45,972 nucleotides of DNA, taken from Octopus bimaculoides. Lineage: Eukaryota. Positions 26,480 to 37,940 of the stretch are shown piece after piece. The notes under the pieces were generated by a model. It saw only the letters and a program-made list of their open reading frames with translations. It searched no databases and was not told the DNA's origin. The DNA is taken from contig NC_069002.1 in the NCBI RefSeq assembly GCF_001194135.2, positions 6,295,801 through 6,341,772 of the forward strand, read 5' to 3'. A program made the translations under genes and the position numbers. The stretch's first letter is position 1; every line of letters starts with the position of its first letter.

Positions 26480-26902
26480 ATCTTACACAGACACACACGC
26501 GTACGCACTTATACACGCACGCATACGCGCATAGATATATTTTCAGATGTTTATTTCCCCAATCCGAATTTCCCATTTCCCGTCCGCCTTTTTAACCTTG
26601 TGACAACGGTTGGAAAGAAATATCCGGCTAGTTCTAAATTCTGAAGGTGGACCATTATAAACGGATTGCATTACACCGGCCAAAAAGGAAAAAAAAAAAA
26701 AGAAAAAGAACCAAAAAAAAAAGGAAAAAACACTGATAGTCTACTTTTGACGGCTTCTTGTAGTTGTTTTTTTTTTCTTTCTTTACCTTCTTTAAAAATG
26801 CAAATCAAAGGTCGGTGTGATAAAAGAAAAATGCAATCTGGAAGTATAATATATACACCAAAATTCATAACAGGCTTAGTAGGTCGAATACAACAGAACA
26901 AA
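26480..26902 (+). promoter_or_regulatory. CpG-retaining putative promoter / 5'-UTR region upstream of the FATP exon
   Basis: CpGs are visibly more frequent here (gcgtacgcac, cgcatacgcgc, cccgtccgcc, accggcc, gacggc) than in 23300-24100 or most unique sequence after 31000. The TSS is not identifiable. Confidence 0.35.
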
Positions 26903-27066
26903 ATGTTTGTGAAACTTGCTGCCTTTTCTGGCCTGGGTGTTTTACTCGTCCACTCAGCCAGAATACCCGTTTCTCTGGCCGGGCTGGGTGTGTTTGGTGC
27001 TTATGTTGTTACTGGTGGATGGCATTTCATATGGGTGATTTGCAACACGTTAGGACGAGATCTATG
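26903..27066 (+). CDS. SLC27A1/4-like: First coding exon of a long-chain fatty acid transport protein / very-long-chain acyl-CoA synthetase (FATP1/4-like); partial gene
   Basis: ATG at 26903 (context caaaATG) opens MFVKLAAFSGLGVLLVHSARIPVSLAGLGVFGAYVVTGGWHFIWVICNTLGRDL. The hydrophobic N-terminus followed by GGWHFIWVICNTLGRDL matches the recalled vertebrate FATP motifs GGWRFLRIVCKTARRDLF (FATP1) and GGWRFIRVFIKTIRRDIF (FATP4). The frame meets a donor TG|GTCAGT at 27067 right after RDL (164 nt, phase 2). FATP1 versus FATP4 orthology cannot be resolved from this exon. Confidence 0.85.
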
Positions 27067-27517
27067 GTCAGTGCCCTTTTCTTTCTTACCTTTTTTCTTA
27101 ATTCTTATCATTTAAATTCTTACCTTTACAATCTCACATCCGTTATCCAACATCTTTATTATATATCTTCATATAATATATATATATACATTATACACGC
27201 CTTTCTCTGTTAAACATGTTTGTTTGCCATCGTTTTGCTTATAGTATTCGGGTTGTGTATTTTTCATGTGACGGCCAATGAAACAAAACACGGTGACCAA
27301 CCATTGCAATAACCAAGACTACCCTCTTTCGTCGCATCTATGGCAAACGAAGAACTTCTATTTAATTATCATCATCGTCATTATTGCTTAAAGGAAACGG
27401 TGGGATGAGAGATGGTTGGCACGTTTTATTCGCAGTACATATTTACATGTTCATATTTCGAAACATCTACCTACTTGGCTATCTGTCTGTCTCTGAGTAT
27501 CTATCTATCTATCTATC

Positions 27518-27815
27518 TATCCATGTGCGTGTATCTATCTATCCGTGTGCGTGTATCTATCTATCCGTGTGCGTGTATCTATCTATCTGTGTGTGTGTGT
27601 ATCTATCTATCTGTGTGTGTGTGTATCTATCTATCTGTGTGTGTGTGTATCTATCTATCTGTGTGTGTGTGTATCTATCTATCTGTGTGTGTGTGTATCT
27701 ATCTATCTGTGTGTGTGTGTATCTATCTATCTGTGTGTGTGTGTATCTATCTATCTGTGTGTGTGTGTGTATCTATCTATCTGTGTGTGTGTGTGTGTCT
27801 ATCTATCTGTGTGTG
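27518..27815. repeat. Compound 22-24-bp minisatellite (ATCT)3(GT)6
   Basis: Repeating ATCTATCTATCTGTGTGTGTGTGT; the earliest units are 22-bp variants (ATCTATCTATCCGTGTGCGTGT). Confidence 0.9.
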
Positions 27816-27852
<37 letters not shown>

Positions 27853-28884
27853 ATATATATATATATATAGATGTCTGTCTGTCTATCGATCTCTCTGTCT
27901 ATCTATCAGCCTATCTACTTGTTCATACGTATGAAAGTTCCCCGGTAATTTTCTTTCATGTAACTAAATGTTTATGTTAATTTAAGAATTTGCAAGCGAA
28001 ATCTTTAAAAAATGATAATGTTCTACAAGACGTACATGTTTCTATGTTATACATGAAAATAAACACCGACCTATCTACTTCAACTATATACAGATCGATA
28101 TATAAATTAGTGTGTTTGAAATATTCATATTTCAACTAAAAACAATAATGATTCAATAAATAAAATAACAAAAGTATATTGTTTTACTCATTGAGGCCTT
28201 TACTTGTTTATTAAACGAACAATTCCGGGTAGAATCAGATAATGGTAATTGGTTTTATACTTAGACAATGGTACTCGGTCTAACCAACTCAAAGAACCAG
28301 TTTTCGGGTACCCGATAGTGTGTTAATAATGATAATAACGATAATATATTAATTCCTGTTTCTTCTTGGTGTTGTAAACACTTAAATGCTTTTAAATGTC
28401 AATACGTTATCACTAATACTTTTACATAAAAAGCACATGCTTGTCCATTGAATATCCTTGTATGTTTGTTTCGTTTTTAATTCTAGTAAATACTGTTTTA
28501 CTTTTCTGTCTTATTAGGCATTATGTTAGAAAATTTATGAATATATATATATAAATATAGAACTGAATTTTTGGAAAATATGAAATAAATTCTCTCCTTT
28601 TCATCTCTCTATCTGTCGGTGGTTCATATATCCGAAAAGAAGCCCTCTAAAAATTGTAAATATGTATGTATGTATGTATGCAGATATCTTAGATAAGTTC
28701 AAGAAGGCTCTTTAAAATTTCATATTGTTTAATCGAACACGTTATGTGTTTATGAAGATCAACAAACAACGTTGACGAAAGGTCGCTTTGGCTGCTAGAA
28801 ATAGCAGTCGAACCATTATCCACTCTCATCAGCGTCTTAAAGAAAACAAGACACATGTTTCCAAGATAATGCGCACCAAAATAA

Positions 28885-28922
<38 letters not shown>

Positions 28923-28930
28923 TATATACA

Positions 28931-29055
28931 CAGGGTATCCACAAAGTCTGGGTACATGGGGATTAACACATACTTTAAGAAATTATTATTTCTTATATTT
29001 AATTGTTTATGTTATGATTTTATTTATTCCATGTACCCAGACTTTATGGACACCT

Positions 29056-29057
<2 letters not shown>
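28931..29057. mobile_element. Tc1/mariner-type MITE (127 bp) within a (TA)n array
   Basis: Left TIR CAGGGTATCCACAAAGTCTGGGTACATGG (28931-28959). Right TIR 29029-29057 reads CAAGGTGTCCATAAAGTCTGGGTACATGG on the minus strand (26/29 identical). AT-rich interior; flanked by TA repeats. Confidence 0.85.
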
Positions 29058-29107
<50 letters not shown>

Positions 29108-31223
29108 TGGCTGGAATGCCTTGATCATAGGTTTGCTCTGGTTCAGTCGAAACTGACCTGTGGTTAAATAAACATCGCGTGTTTAATACATTTCTGTGTT
29201 TTAGTGAAACTTAACGAAAAACGAAACATCACACAAAAACTCGTTAATTATAAATTGCCAAATTATATAATGTAATATAAAATAAGATTTTAAAAAAATA
29301 CTAAGAGGTGAAATAACCTCTATGGCGTTCGCTCGGTGCGCTAGAAATAGCAACCAAGTCGCACTTCAATCGTACGCTGTTACCGTGTGGAGAAGGACGT
29401 ATTGGATAATGAAGACCCCACGTAATGATATTACTATGGCTTAGAAATAAAACGTGGTGAAGTCACGGTTGATACGTTTTATCAACCTGATCTGAGGTTA
29501 AATAACTCCAACAAAAAAACCTGTATTCCCATAGCTTATTGAAATTGATTTTTGGTTTAAATCGTTTGTAAAATGACATATTTCCACCCGTTTTTTAATA
29601 TGTTCGTGTTTCTATGTTAATTATGACAATAATAAAATATTATTATTGTTAATAATAATAATAATTAGTAGTAGTAGTTGTAATAATCCGAGTTATTTCT
29701 CAAACACATCCACCTGACTTGATCTTTGCTGAGAGACAACCGAAAAAACGAAGGGAAGGTGCACCTCCTTTTTGCGGTCGCTCTACCCGCTAGAAATAGC
29801 AGCCATATCTCCATCTCTTTCGCTTTCCCTCACATCGCACCCCTATCATAATACGCACGGCTCACTAGACTGTGATTATACATACATTCATACATACACA
29901 GACACACATGTCTGCATACCTGCCGCTGTCTTTGTTGCTTCATAACTATCGGAAAAGTTAATATTTTTTAATGAAATGTTGTACAAGTATCTTTCAAGGT
30001 GTGTAGATTACGATTATATCAGAATTTAGTGAGAGGAAAGAAAAATGGTGAGAGCACGCAAACATACATATCACAATACATGAGGAAACAAAGGTGACAC
30101 GTGAATTTTCCGAAACTCCTCTCGCAAGTCCCGGAAAAAATTCTTCCCAAAAAAATTCCGTTATAACCAGAATCTACACCATCTCGTTTTTGTAGAAGAT
30201 TTCATTAAAAAACATCCATTTTTCTGAATGTTTATGAGGCAGGAAAATCGGTGATGAGGGCACACTTGTGTAGGTATACATCTATGTGTGTGTGTGTGGA
30301 AAGATTTTGATCGTCGGTCTGCTGAATTTGGACTGACTTGTGATTGAACGGCTGCTGCTACTGCAACTTCTTCATCTCTTAAACCAAGAGCTTGGCGGTC
30401 GTTCACCCTGCCACAGATAACTGCCAAATCGTCAGAGTTCCGACTTGTGCACTCTGCACTCCTTCACTCTGTGTGGCTTCATTTTTAGTACAAGTACGTT
30501 TTTGAACATGCAGAATAACATGCAGATAGGCAAAAATATTGTGAAATAAGATATTTATTAAAATTTGAATATTTTTTAATTATTAAAAAAATAAATCCAA
30601 AGCACGTAAAAAATAAGCTATAAACTATCGAAAAACGTATATCTGTAATAAGGTTCAAAAACGTGTTTGTAATTAACGATAATCGTATCATCGACATGTG
30701 ACCATTTCTTGTCGGCATTTGGTCCTAATTTTTACTCGATCTCTCTGTTTAGGCACGCTCAGAATGCTTCAGCATTCATTGTCATCATTATCATTAGATG
30801 TCTCTGTTCCATGCTAGCATGAGTTGGACTGGCATCGGTACATTATCAACACATACACACACCAGTGGCCGTAATGGTTCATAGTTCCATGCAGCGTTGT
30901 GTTTAGGTATAAACTGAATAACTTTCAGCTTAGAGCTTTGCAGTTTTAGAGGGAAAGGATCTTAGAAAAATGTTTTTCTAATAGCATGTAGGTACAGGTG
31001 TAGCTGTGTGGTAAGAAGTTTACATTCCAATCACATGCTTCCAGGTTCAGTCCCACTGTGTGGCACCTTGGGCAAGTCTCTTCTACTATAGCCTCAGGAC
31101 AATCGAAGCCTTGTGAGTGGATTTGGTGGATGGAAACTGAAAGAACACCATCGTGTGTGTGTGTGTGTCTGTTTGTCCTCCAGGCTTTGAATATTTTGTA
31201 AGTACAGTGGTAGTAGACCAAGT

Positions 31224-31510
31224 CTACTATCATAGAACTCCCAAAAGTGGTCCACAATGGAGAACTGCTCCTACACCTGGAATGGTACTGCTGCTGCAGG
31301 TGCTGACTACCAGTATTGCATCCAGAGAATGGTCACTCAACTGATTGGCACTCTTGTTAGTGAACACATTCCAGCCTCTGGCCCACACACACATGCTGCT
31401 TTGTCTCTCTCTCTCTCTCTTTTCTATCCCTACAATATTGGCCTCTGCTCCTTGGAGCTAACTAGGCCCATACCTCTACCACCCAGGCTCTCTACTTCTT
31501 GGCACCTTGG
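31224..31510 (+). mobile_element. Decayed CR1/L2-group LINE ORF2 C-terminal fragment
   Basis: The frame reads LLS*NSQKWSTMENCSYTWNG...CIQRMVTQLIG...SLSLFYPYNIGLCSLELTRPIPLPPRLSTS. This resembles the post-RT motifs LxxLYKxxxRPxMEYCSxxW...RIQRRAxRLIG and ASLSLFYRYxxGxCSxEL. It contains an in-frame stop. Confidence 0.7.
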
Positions 31511-33666
31511 TGCATCCAACACCTCTTTAGCATGGGGCCTCAGAAATTCCAGGTTGATGTCCAGCATGTTGGAAGACCACTGGAAGTGAAGCACCTTTTA
31601 GCTTTTGTTTATTTCGTCTATCCTTACGTTCTGAGTTCAAATTCTGCTGAGGTTGACTTTGCCGTTCATCCTTTCGGGGTCGATAAATTAAGTACCAGTT
31701 GCGTACTGGGGTCAATCTAATCGACTGCCCCGACTCCCCCAAAATTTCAGGCCTTATGCCTGGAGTAGAAAAGAATATAGAAGATAGTTGTTTGATGTAT
31801 TAGAGGAGTCTTTGTTATCAAAATAGAAATAGCAGCCAGACTTCATCCGTTGGTAGTTATTTAAAGGAGTAAAAATATGAGGGAGTTATTAAATGAACTG
31901 ACGCTTTCTGTAATGTAGTCCTAGATAGACAATATACTGTATGTGATTAAGAAATGGGAAAACCATGGTGGGCGATTCCCTTTCATCACAAGAACTGACC
32001 TGGTTACTTGACAACCTTCAAAGGATTTCTGTTAAACTACTTATCTATATTTATGTTCAGAGAGTAAACGTGTGTGTGTGTGTATGTATGTGTATGTATG
32101 TATGTGTATGTGTGTGCATGCATGTATGTATATATGTGTGTGTATGTATGTATGTGTGTGCATGCATGTATGTATATATGTGTGTGTGTATGTATGTATG
32201 AATGTGTGTGTATATGTATGTGTGTGTGTATGTGTACATGCATGAGTGCATGTATTTATGTATGTGTGTATGTGTATGTATATATGTGTATGTGTGTATG
32301 TATGTGTATAAGTATGTATGCTTGTATGTGCGTGTGTGCGTATTATAAGTTTGTGTGTGTCTGTGCGCAAGAGTGCATGTATGTGTACGCATGTGTGTTT
32401 GTTCTTGTTATATTCCTATATATTCAGTGCCTTTTTTGAGTGGGATCAGAATAAACATGCTTTCATACACACATACATACCAATAAGCATGCATAGATAC
32501 AACCATATGTACACACAAACACACATACATACATACATATACATACACACCAATAAGCATGCATAAATACAACCATATGTACATACATGCACACACAGAG
32601 ACACACGTATGTACATACATACATGCATAGATACTACATATATACACACACACAAACACATGTACATACATATTTGACTGGTCAGCAGAGGAAACCTGCT
32701 ACATTAATATTAAAAGCTGCATGATCCTGACATCAACTGGGAAGTTTCTATAGAAATAAAACATCAACAAATTCTGACTCAAAAGAAACAAAGATGGAAG
32801 GAAGAGACAGACAGACTTAAAATCAGCCAAGATGGCAAGCTTTCAACGCTGCTTTGTAATCAATCTGGCAACATCTGCCAAGCGACAGCAGCAAAAAAAA
32901 AAAATTAATGCATCAACAATGTCCTCAGAAGTGAAGAGAACGTCTTACAGGTCTGTAGAGAACTCATTAAGAAGTTCTCCCTTCCCAGTGACATCCATTA
33001 TGGCTTCAGAATTGCTGGATTTGTGTACTTCAACAAAAACCAGGAGGAGAAACTCTGCACACTGCAAAATGTTTATGAATGGGTATGATGGTGAAGATGA
33101 TGATGATCATCAACATTTAACATCTGTTTTCTATGCTGGCATGAGTTAGATGGCTTGACAGGAACTGGTGAGGTCAGAGGCCACACCAGATTCCATAGTC
33201 GGTTTTGGCTTGGTTTCTACATCCGGATGCCTTTCCTAATGTCTACCACTCCACAGAGTGTACTGGGTGCTTTCTACATGGCACCATCATCAATGTTTTT
33301 TATGTGGCACCAGCATCAGTGCTTTTTACATGGCACCTCGGTTCTAGGACAAGCTGTTCATTAAAATAATTTAACTCAAATTATGCAAGGTATGCTGTTG
33401 TGTGAAGCCAGAAGGTTCAACTAATAAACAAAAGTCAGTTTTGTGTCATTAACTGTGATTTGTTTATTTCCTATGAAGCAAGAAGAAAAATAACTTAGGT
33501 GAACACCCTCCAGGTGTGGTGATTCTATAATGTTTGCCAGAGGTTGTACATGTCTACCTGCACATGCGTAAATAAATACCTACTTATACACATACATATA
33601 TAACCCATGCTAGCATGGAAAGCGGACGTTAAACGATTTATATATGTAAGTATATACATATATATA

Positions 33667-33728
<62 letters not shown>

Positions 33729-33929
33729 CATACATACACATTTATATATGTAAACAGGTGTATGTATATGTATATAATTTCTGCCAGGAGTTGTACATAT
33801 CAGCCTGCACACATACACATACATATATGCACCTACCTAGATACATACATACATATGCAAACACCTACCTACATACACACATACTTACATTAATATAAGT
33901 GTCTGTATATATATATATATATTTTATTC

Positions 33930-34310
33930 TCTCATTTGTTTCAGTCACTTGACTGTGGCCATGCTGGAGCACCACCTTTAGTCGAACAATTCGACTTCAG
34001 GACTAATTCTTTGTAAGCCTAGTACTTATTCTATCAGTCTCTTTTGCCGAACTGATAAGCTATGGGGATATAAACACACCAACATTGGTTGTCAAGCAAT
34101 GGTAGGGGTGAAACACAGACACACAAATACATACATACATACATATATATGACGGGATTCTTTCAGTTTCTGCCTACCAAATCCACTCACAAGGCTTTGG
34201 TTAGCCTATGGCTATAACAGAAGACACTTGCCCAAAGTGCCACACAGTGGGACTGAACCCAGTATCATGTGGTTGGAAAGCAAGCTTTTTACCAGACAGC
34301 CACGCCTGCA
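33930..34310 (-). mobile_element. SINE family A, full-length CpG-decayed copy
   Basis: Colinear with 22871-23265, with many CG-to-TG/CA changes. Confidence 0.85.
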
Positions 34311-34330
34311 ACTATCTCTCTCTCTTTTTC

Positions 34331-34382
<52 letters not shown>

Positions 34383-35185
34383 TTCTGCTAACAAAATGCG
34401 TGTTTATTTACTGCGAGGCTCTTAGATGTTTCTACCCTACCCTGTCTTACCTATTTAAAGCAAAGTGAACCAGTCCACTTGACAGTTAAGTGTCTCTACA
34501 CTTATACACCATCGCGCAGTGCAAGAGACTGGTTGCTATCAAACTGCCAGCCTCTCAGGTGGATTAAATTATAATCGTACAGTTTTACTAATTAACCGTG
34601 TTTCGAGGTGAAAAATGCCTTGATTTTTTTCTACATCTTCACCAATGCTTTGATCTGATTGATCTCTGATCATTGCTAGATCTCATCAGTCCAGTGCGCG
34701 GATCAATGGTATTGTGGATGAGGACATTACTTTAGAGTCCAGTTTCGGACCCCCAGTTGGAATCCAGCCAGGTACATATTATAAAAATAACCGATGATGA
34801 CCAGAGGGCGAGCTGATTGGCACATAATGGAGATGCATAGATATTAGAACATCGTTAATCTCTAGAGATGAGTTTAATTGTCATAAATATTAAAATATTA
34901 ACTAATTAACACAGCATATCTTTGGCATTTAACGACAGTTGATTGCCTGGTTGCATGTTTACTTAGCTGTGAACACACGTACACCCATGTGCATACATGC
35001 ACACACATATCTATGTGTGCAACCTAATGAGGGATACTCTACAAAGATTGCTAGAAATAGCAACCAAATTTTCTTGAATGTACACTTGCAACCCTTAAAG
35101 AAAAAACAGAAGATGCGGTGGTGGAACGTCTCTGGTTACCGGTTTTTGTTTGATCAGCATTTATCTGGAGTTTAATGACTATATA

Positions 35186-35586
35186 GAGGCAGGCATGGTT
35201 GTTATAGTAAGAAGTTTGCTTCTCAACCGCATGGTTCCGAGTTCAGTCCCACTGTGCGACATCTTGAGCAAGTGTCCTCTTACGATAGCCCTCGGGTCAA
35301 CCGAAGCCTTGTGAATGGATTTGATAGATGGAAACTGAAAGAAGATCATCGTGTGTGTGTGTGTGTGTGTGTGTCAGTGCTTGCCTCCCACCACTGTTTG
35401 GTAACCGTTGTTGGTTTGTTAACATCCCTGTAACTTAGCAGTTTGGCAAAAAAAGAAACTGATAGAATAAGTACCAGGCTTAAAAAGGGCGAGAAAAAAA
35501 TATACTAGGTTTAGTTTGTCTCACTAAGATTCTTCAAAGCAGAGCTCCAGCATGGCCACAGTCTAATGACTGAAACAAGTAAGTAA
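35186..35586 (+). mobile_element. SINE family A, near full-length diverged copy
   Basis: Head ...GTAAGAAGTTTGCTTCTCAACCGCATGGTTCCGAGTTCAGTCCC, a (GT)n linker, and tail ...CCAGCATGGCCACAGTCTAATGACTGAAACAAGT. Confidence 0.8.
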
Positions 35587-35624
35587 TGGATAAGATGTAT
35601 GTATGAGCCTATAGAAGAGTACAC

Positions 35625-35790
35625 AACGTGGTTTGTTCTGCCTTTAGAAATAGCAGCCAAATCTCTCACATTGGATAATGCTGTCCTAGGTTTATTGTAT
35701 GTGAAAGAAAACATTACGGCTGGCACTCCTTTTGTCTTAGTTCTGGTTTATCCGGGTCAACCTAGGGTTAAACAATAGCAATAACAACAG
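35625..35790 (+). mobile_element. Family F short repeat (TAGAAATAGCAGCCAAAT... to ...GGGTTAAACAA(CAA)n)
   Basis: The same head and/or tail motifs recur at ~1060-1090 (-), ~5990-6062, ~20615-20690 (-), ~22087-22112 (-), 28780-29172 (interrupted), 29325-29510, 29770-29815, 31820-31960, ~35040-35075 and three times in 37460-37930. No Pol III A/B boxes seen. Confidence 0.6.
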
Positions 35791-36654
35791 TCATATACAC
35801 TCACACACACACAAATGCAAGCATATTCATATACTTATAAATACGTACATAAAAACATATACACACATATATAAACATATGTACTCACACACATGGTTAT
35901 TATACATTCGTATAAACACGAAATATCACACTACATAAACAAAGACATCCCCAACACACACATATCCATTCACACAAACACAGCCATGCACACATACACT
36001 CATAAATACACACATTAAAACATAAACACACACACACATACGCAGTTATATTTACATTATTATATATATATATATACACACATGCACTGCAAATAAACAC
36101 ACACATTTATACACACGCAAATACATATCTATATTTACACATCTATATGTATACTCTCTCTTTCTCTCTCACACACACATACACACGCACGCACACATTC
36201 CTACATGCATGTATATGTTCTTACTCACACATACACACACACACGCACACATACAGATCTACACGTACATACACATGCACTTACACACATAGCGTATATA
36301 TTTATAGCAGGTTGAATAACCGTGTGGAGGCAGCAATGTTGGCTCACACTCACATGTATGTATAGTGGTGGTGGTAGTGGTGCTGGTGGTGGTGGTTGTG
36401 GTGGGGTGGTGGTTGTGGTGGGGTGGTGGTGGTGTCATGAACTGGGTTTTGGCCTTCCTCTCTAAAATGTGACCAACCTGTTAAATATCCACTCCATCCC
36501 TGTATTGACATTATTACCCAGAGTCTGATCTACTTTAATGCATTATAACTTTTTTTTTTCTTTTGTTGGGACTCATTTTTTGTCTTATAAGTCATTGTCC
36601 TGCTTTGTTTTACACACACACACACACACACACGTGCATGTGCACACACACATG

Positions 36655-37043
36655 ATGGCTAACCACTCGTGACTGAGCAAGATCTTTTATTTTCTTTTAC
36701 TTGTTTCTGCTTGCGAAGACCTGTTGGGGCAAGCGAAAGCGAAATCATGATGGCACCTGTGCTTAGCATCGCCTTTCTGGCATTTGTGCCGGTGGCATGT
36801 GTAAGGACTTTTGAGCGAGATCGTTGCCAGTGTCCCTGGACTGGCTTTTGTGTGGGTGGCACATAAAATACACCATTTTGAGCATGGCCGTTGCCAGTAC
36901 CGCCTGACTGGCCTTCGTGCCGGTGACACGTAAAAGCACTCTTGGAGCCTAATGTAGCCATCTGGTTTCACCAGTCCTCACTCAAATCGTCCAACCCATG
37001 CTAGCATGGAAAGCAGACGTTAAACGATGATGATGATGATGAT
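36655..37043 (+). mobile_element. Family C retroposon with (GAT)n tail, long copy with an internal deletion
   Basis: Ends CAAATCGTCCAACCCATGCTAGCATGGAAAGCAGACGTTAAACGATGATGATGATG. It lacks the GGAGTGGTTGGCATTAGGAAGGGCATCCAGC block seen at 45903-45935. An RTE-type 3' end is my inference from the short tandem tail. Confidence 0.75.
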
Positions 37044-37940
37044 GTTTCATTCATTCAACTGTGGCCATGCTGGGGCAACGCCGTGCTAAGACGATATGAC
37101 AATCTGATAGATAATCTGTTTAAATGTCTATCTCTCTTTCTAAGGGAGGTCACCAGGGGAAAGAGTTGTCTCATCTCAACGGATTCATCAAACAATCACC
37201 CTCGGATGGATACCAGTGGCTAGCAAAGAGTTAAGTAATTTTGTCTAACAACAGTCAAATCGTTCCTGTTACACGTGCTGCATTCACCACACTGCCTGAG
37301 GAAAAGTCACAATTCTAATACAGCATTTCCTGTAATGCCTATTTTCCACAATATACTACGAAGTATTTTTTTATATTTTAACAAAGAAAAAACCCTTATT
37401 TAAATGTCAGAAGAAAATGTTTTTATGTATGCCACAGATTGCAATTGAGTGACCTTCTGCGCGGTCATGCAATATGCTAGAACTAACAGCTAAAAACCTC
37501 CTTCAAATCACATCTTATCAGTTTGTTGGATTTTTTTTTTAGAAAGGACACGTTACATTTTGTAGTCCAAGATACAATATTGTCAAAAAGATATCAACAG
37601 GATAGGCATGGTTGGAAGGTCTATGAAAGTTGGTAAGGGTTTAAGGAACAAAAATAACTGCAGGAGCCTCTGTATGATCATCAAACCTACTAGACACAAC
37701 AGCTAAACTCCCTCAAATTGCTCCTTTCAACCTTAGGAAAAGACTTTGGACTATGTAATCATAGATACGTCATGTCAGAATAAATGCTGAAGTGGTCATG
37801 TTTGGAATGCCTTTAATGTATGTACAACCAGAGCTGATTTGAAGTTAATCAACAACTGGTTAGTTAATGAGGAAGCCACTACATAGTCTTTCAACCTGCT
37901 GAAAATAGCAGGCGATTCTTCCTAAATGTAATCAACTTAA

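Noticed and set aside
30161-30480. GC-richer segment and 88-aa minus-strand ORF inside the presumed intron
   Set aside because: No FATP exon-2 motifs in any frame I could read and no recognisable homology. At most a regulatory element.
32461-32585. 33-bp direct repeat at 32481 and 32551
   Set aside because: A slippage duplication inside a CA/TA low-complexity tract.
34663-34794. Short open frame SLIIARSHQSSARINGIVDEDITLESSFGPPVGIQPG with a CAG|GTACAT donor-like site
   Set aside because: Not FATP-like, and a length of ~44 codons is expected by chance. The minus-strand CTGATGA here has no GAAA after stem II, so it is not a hammerhead.
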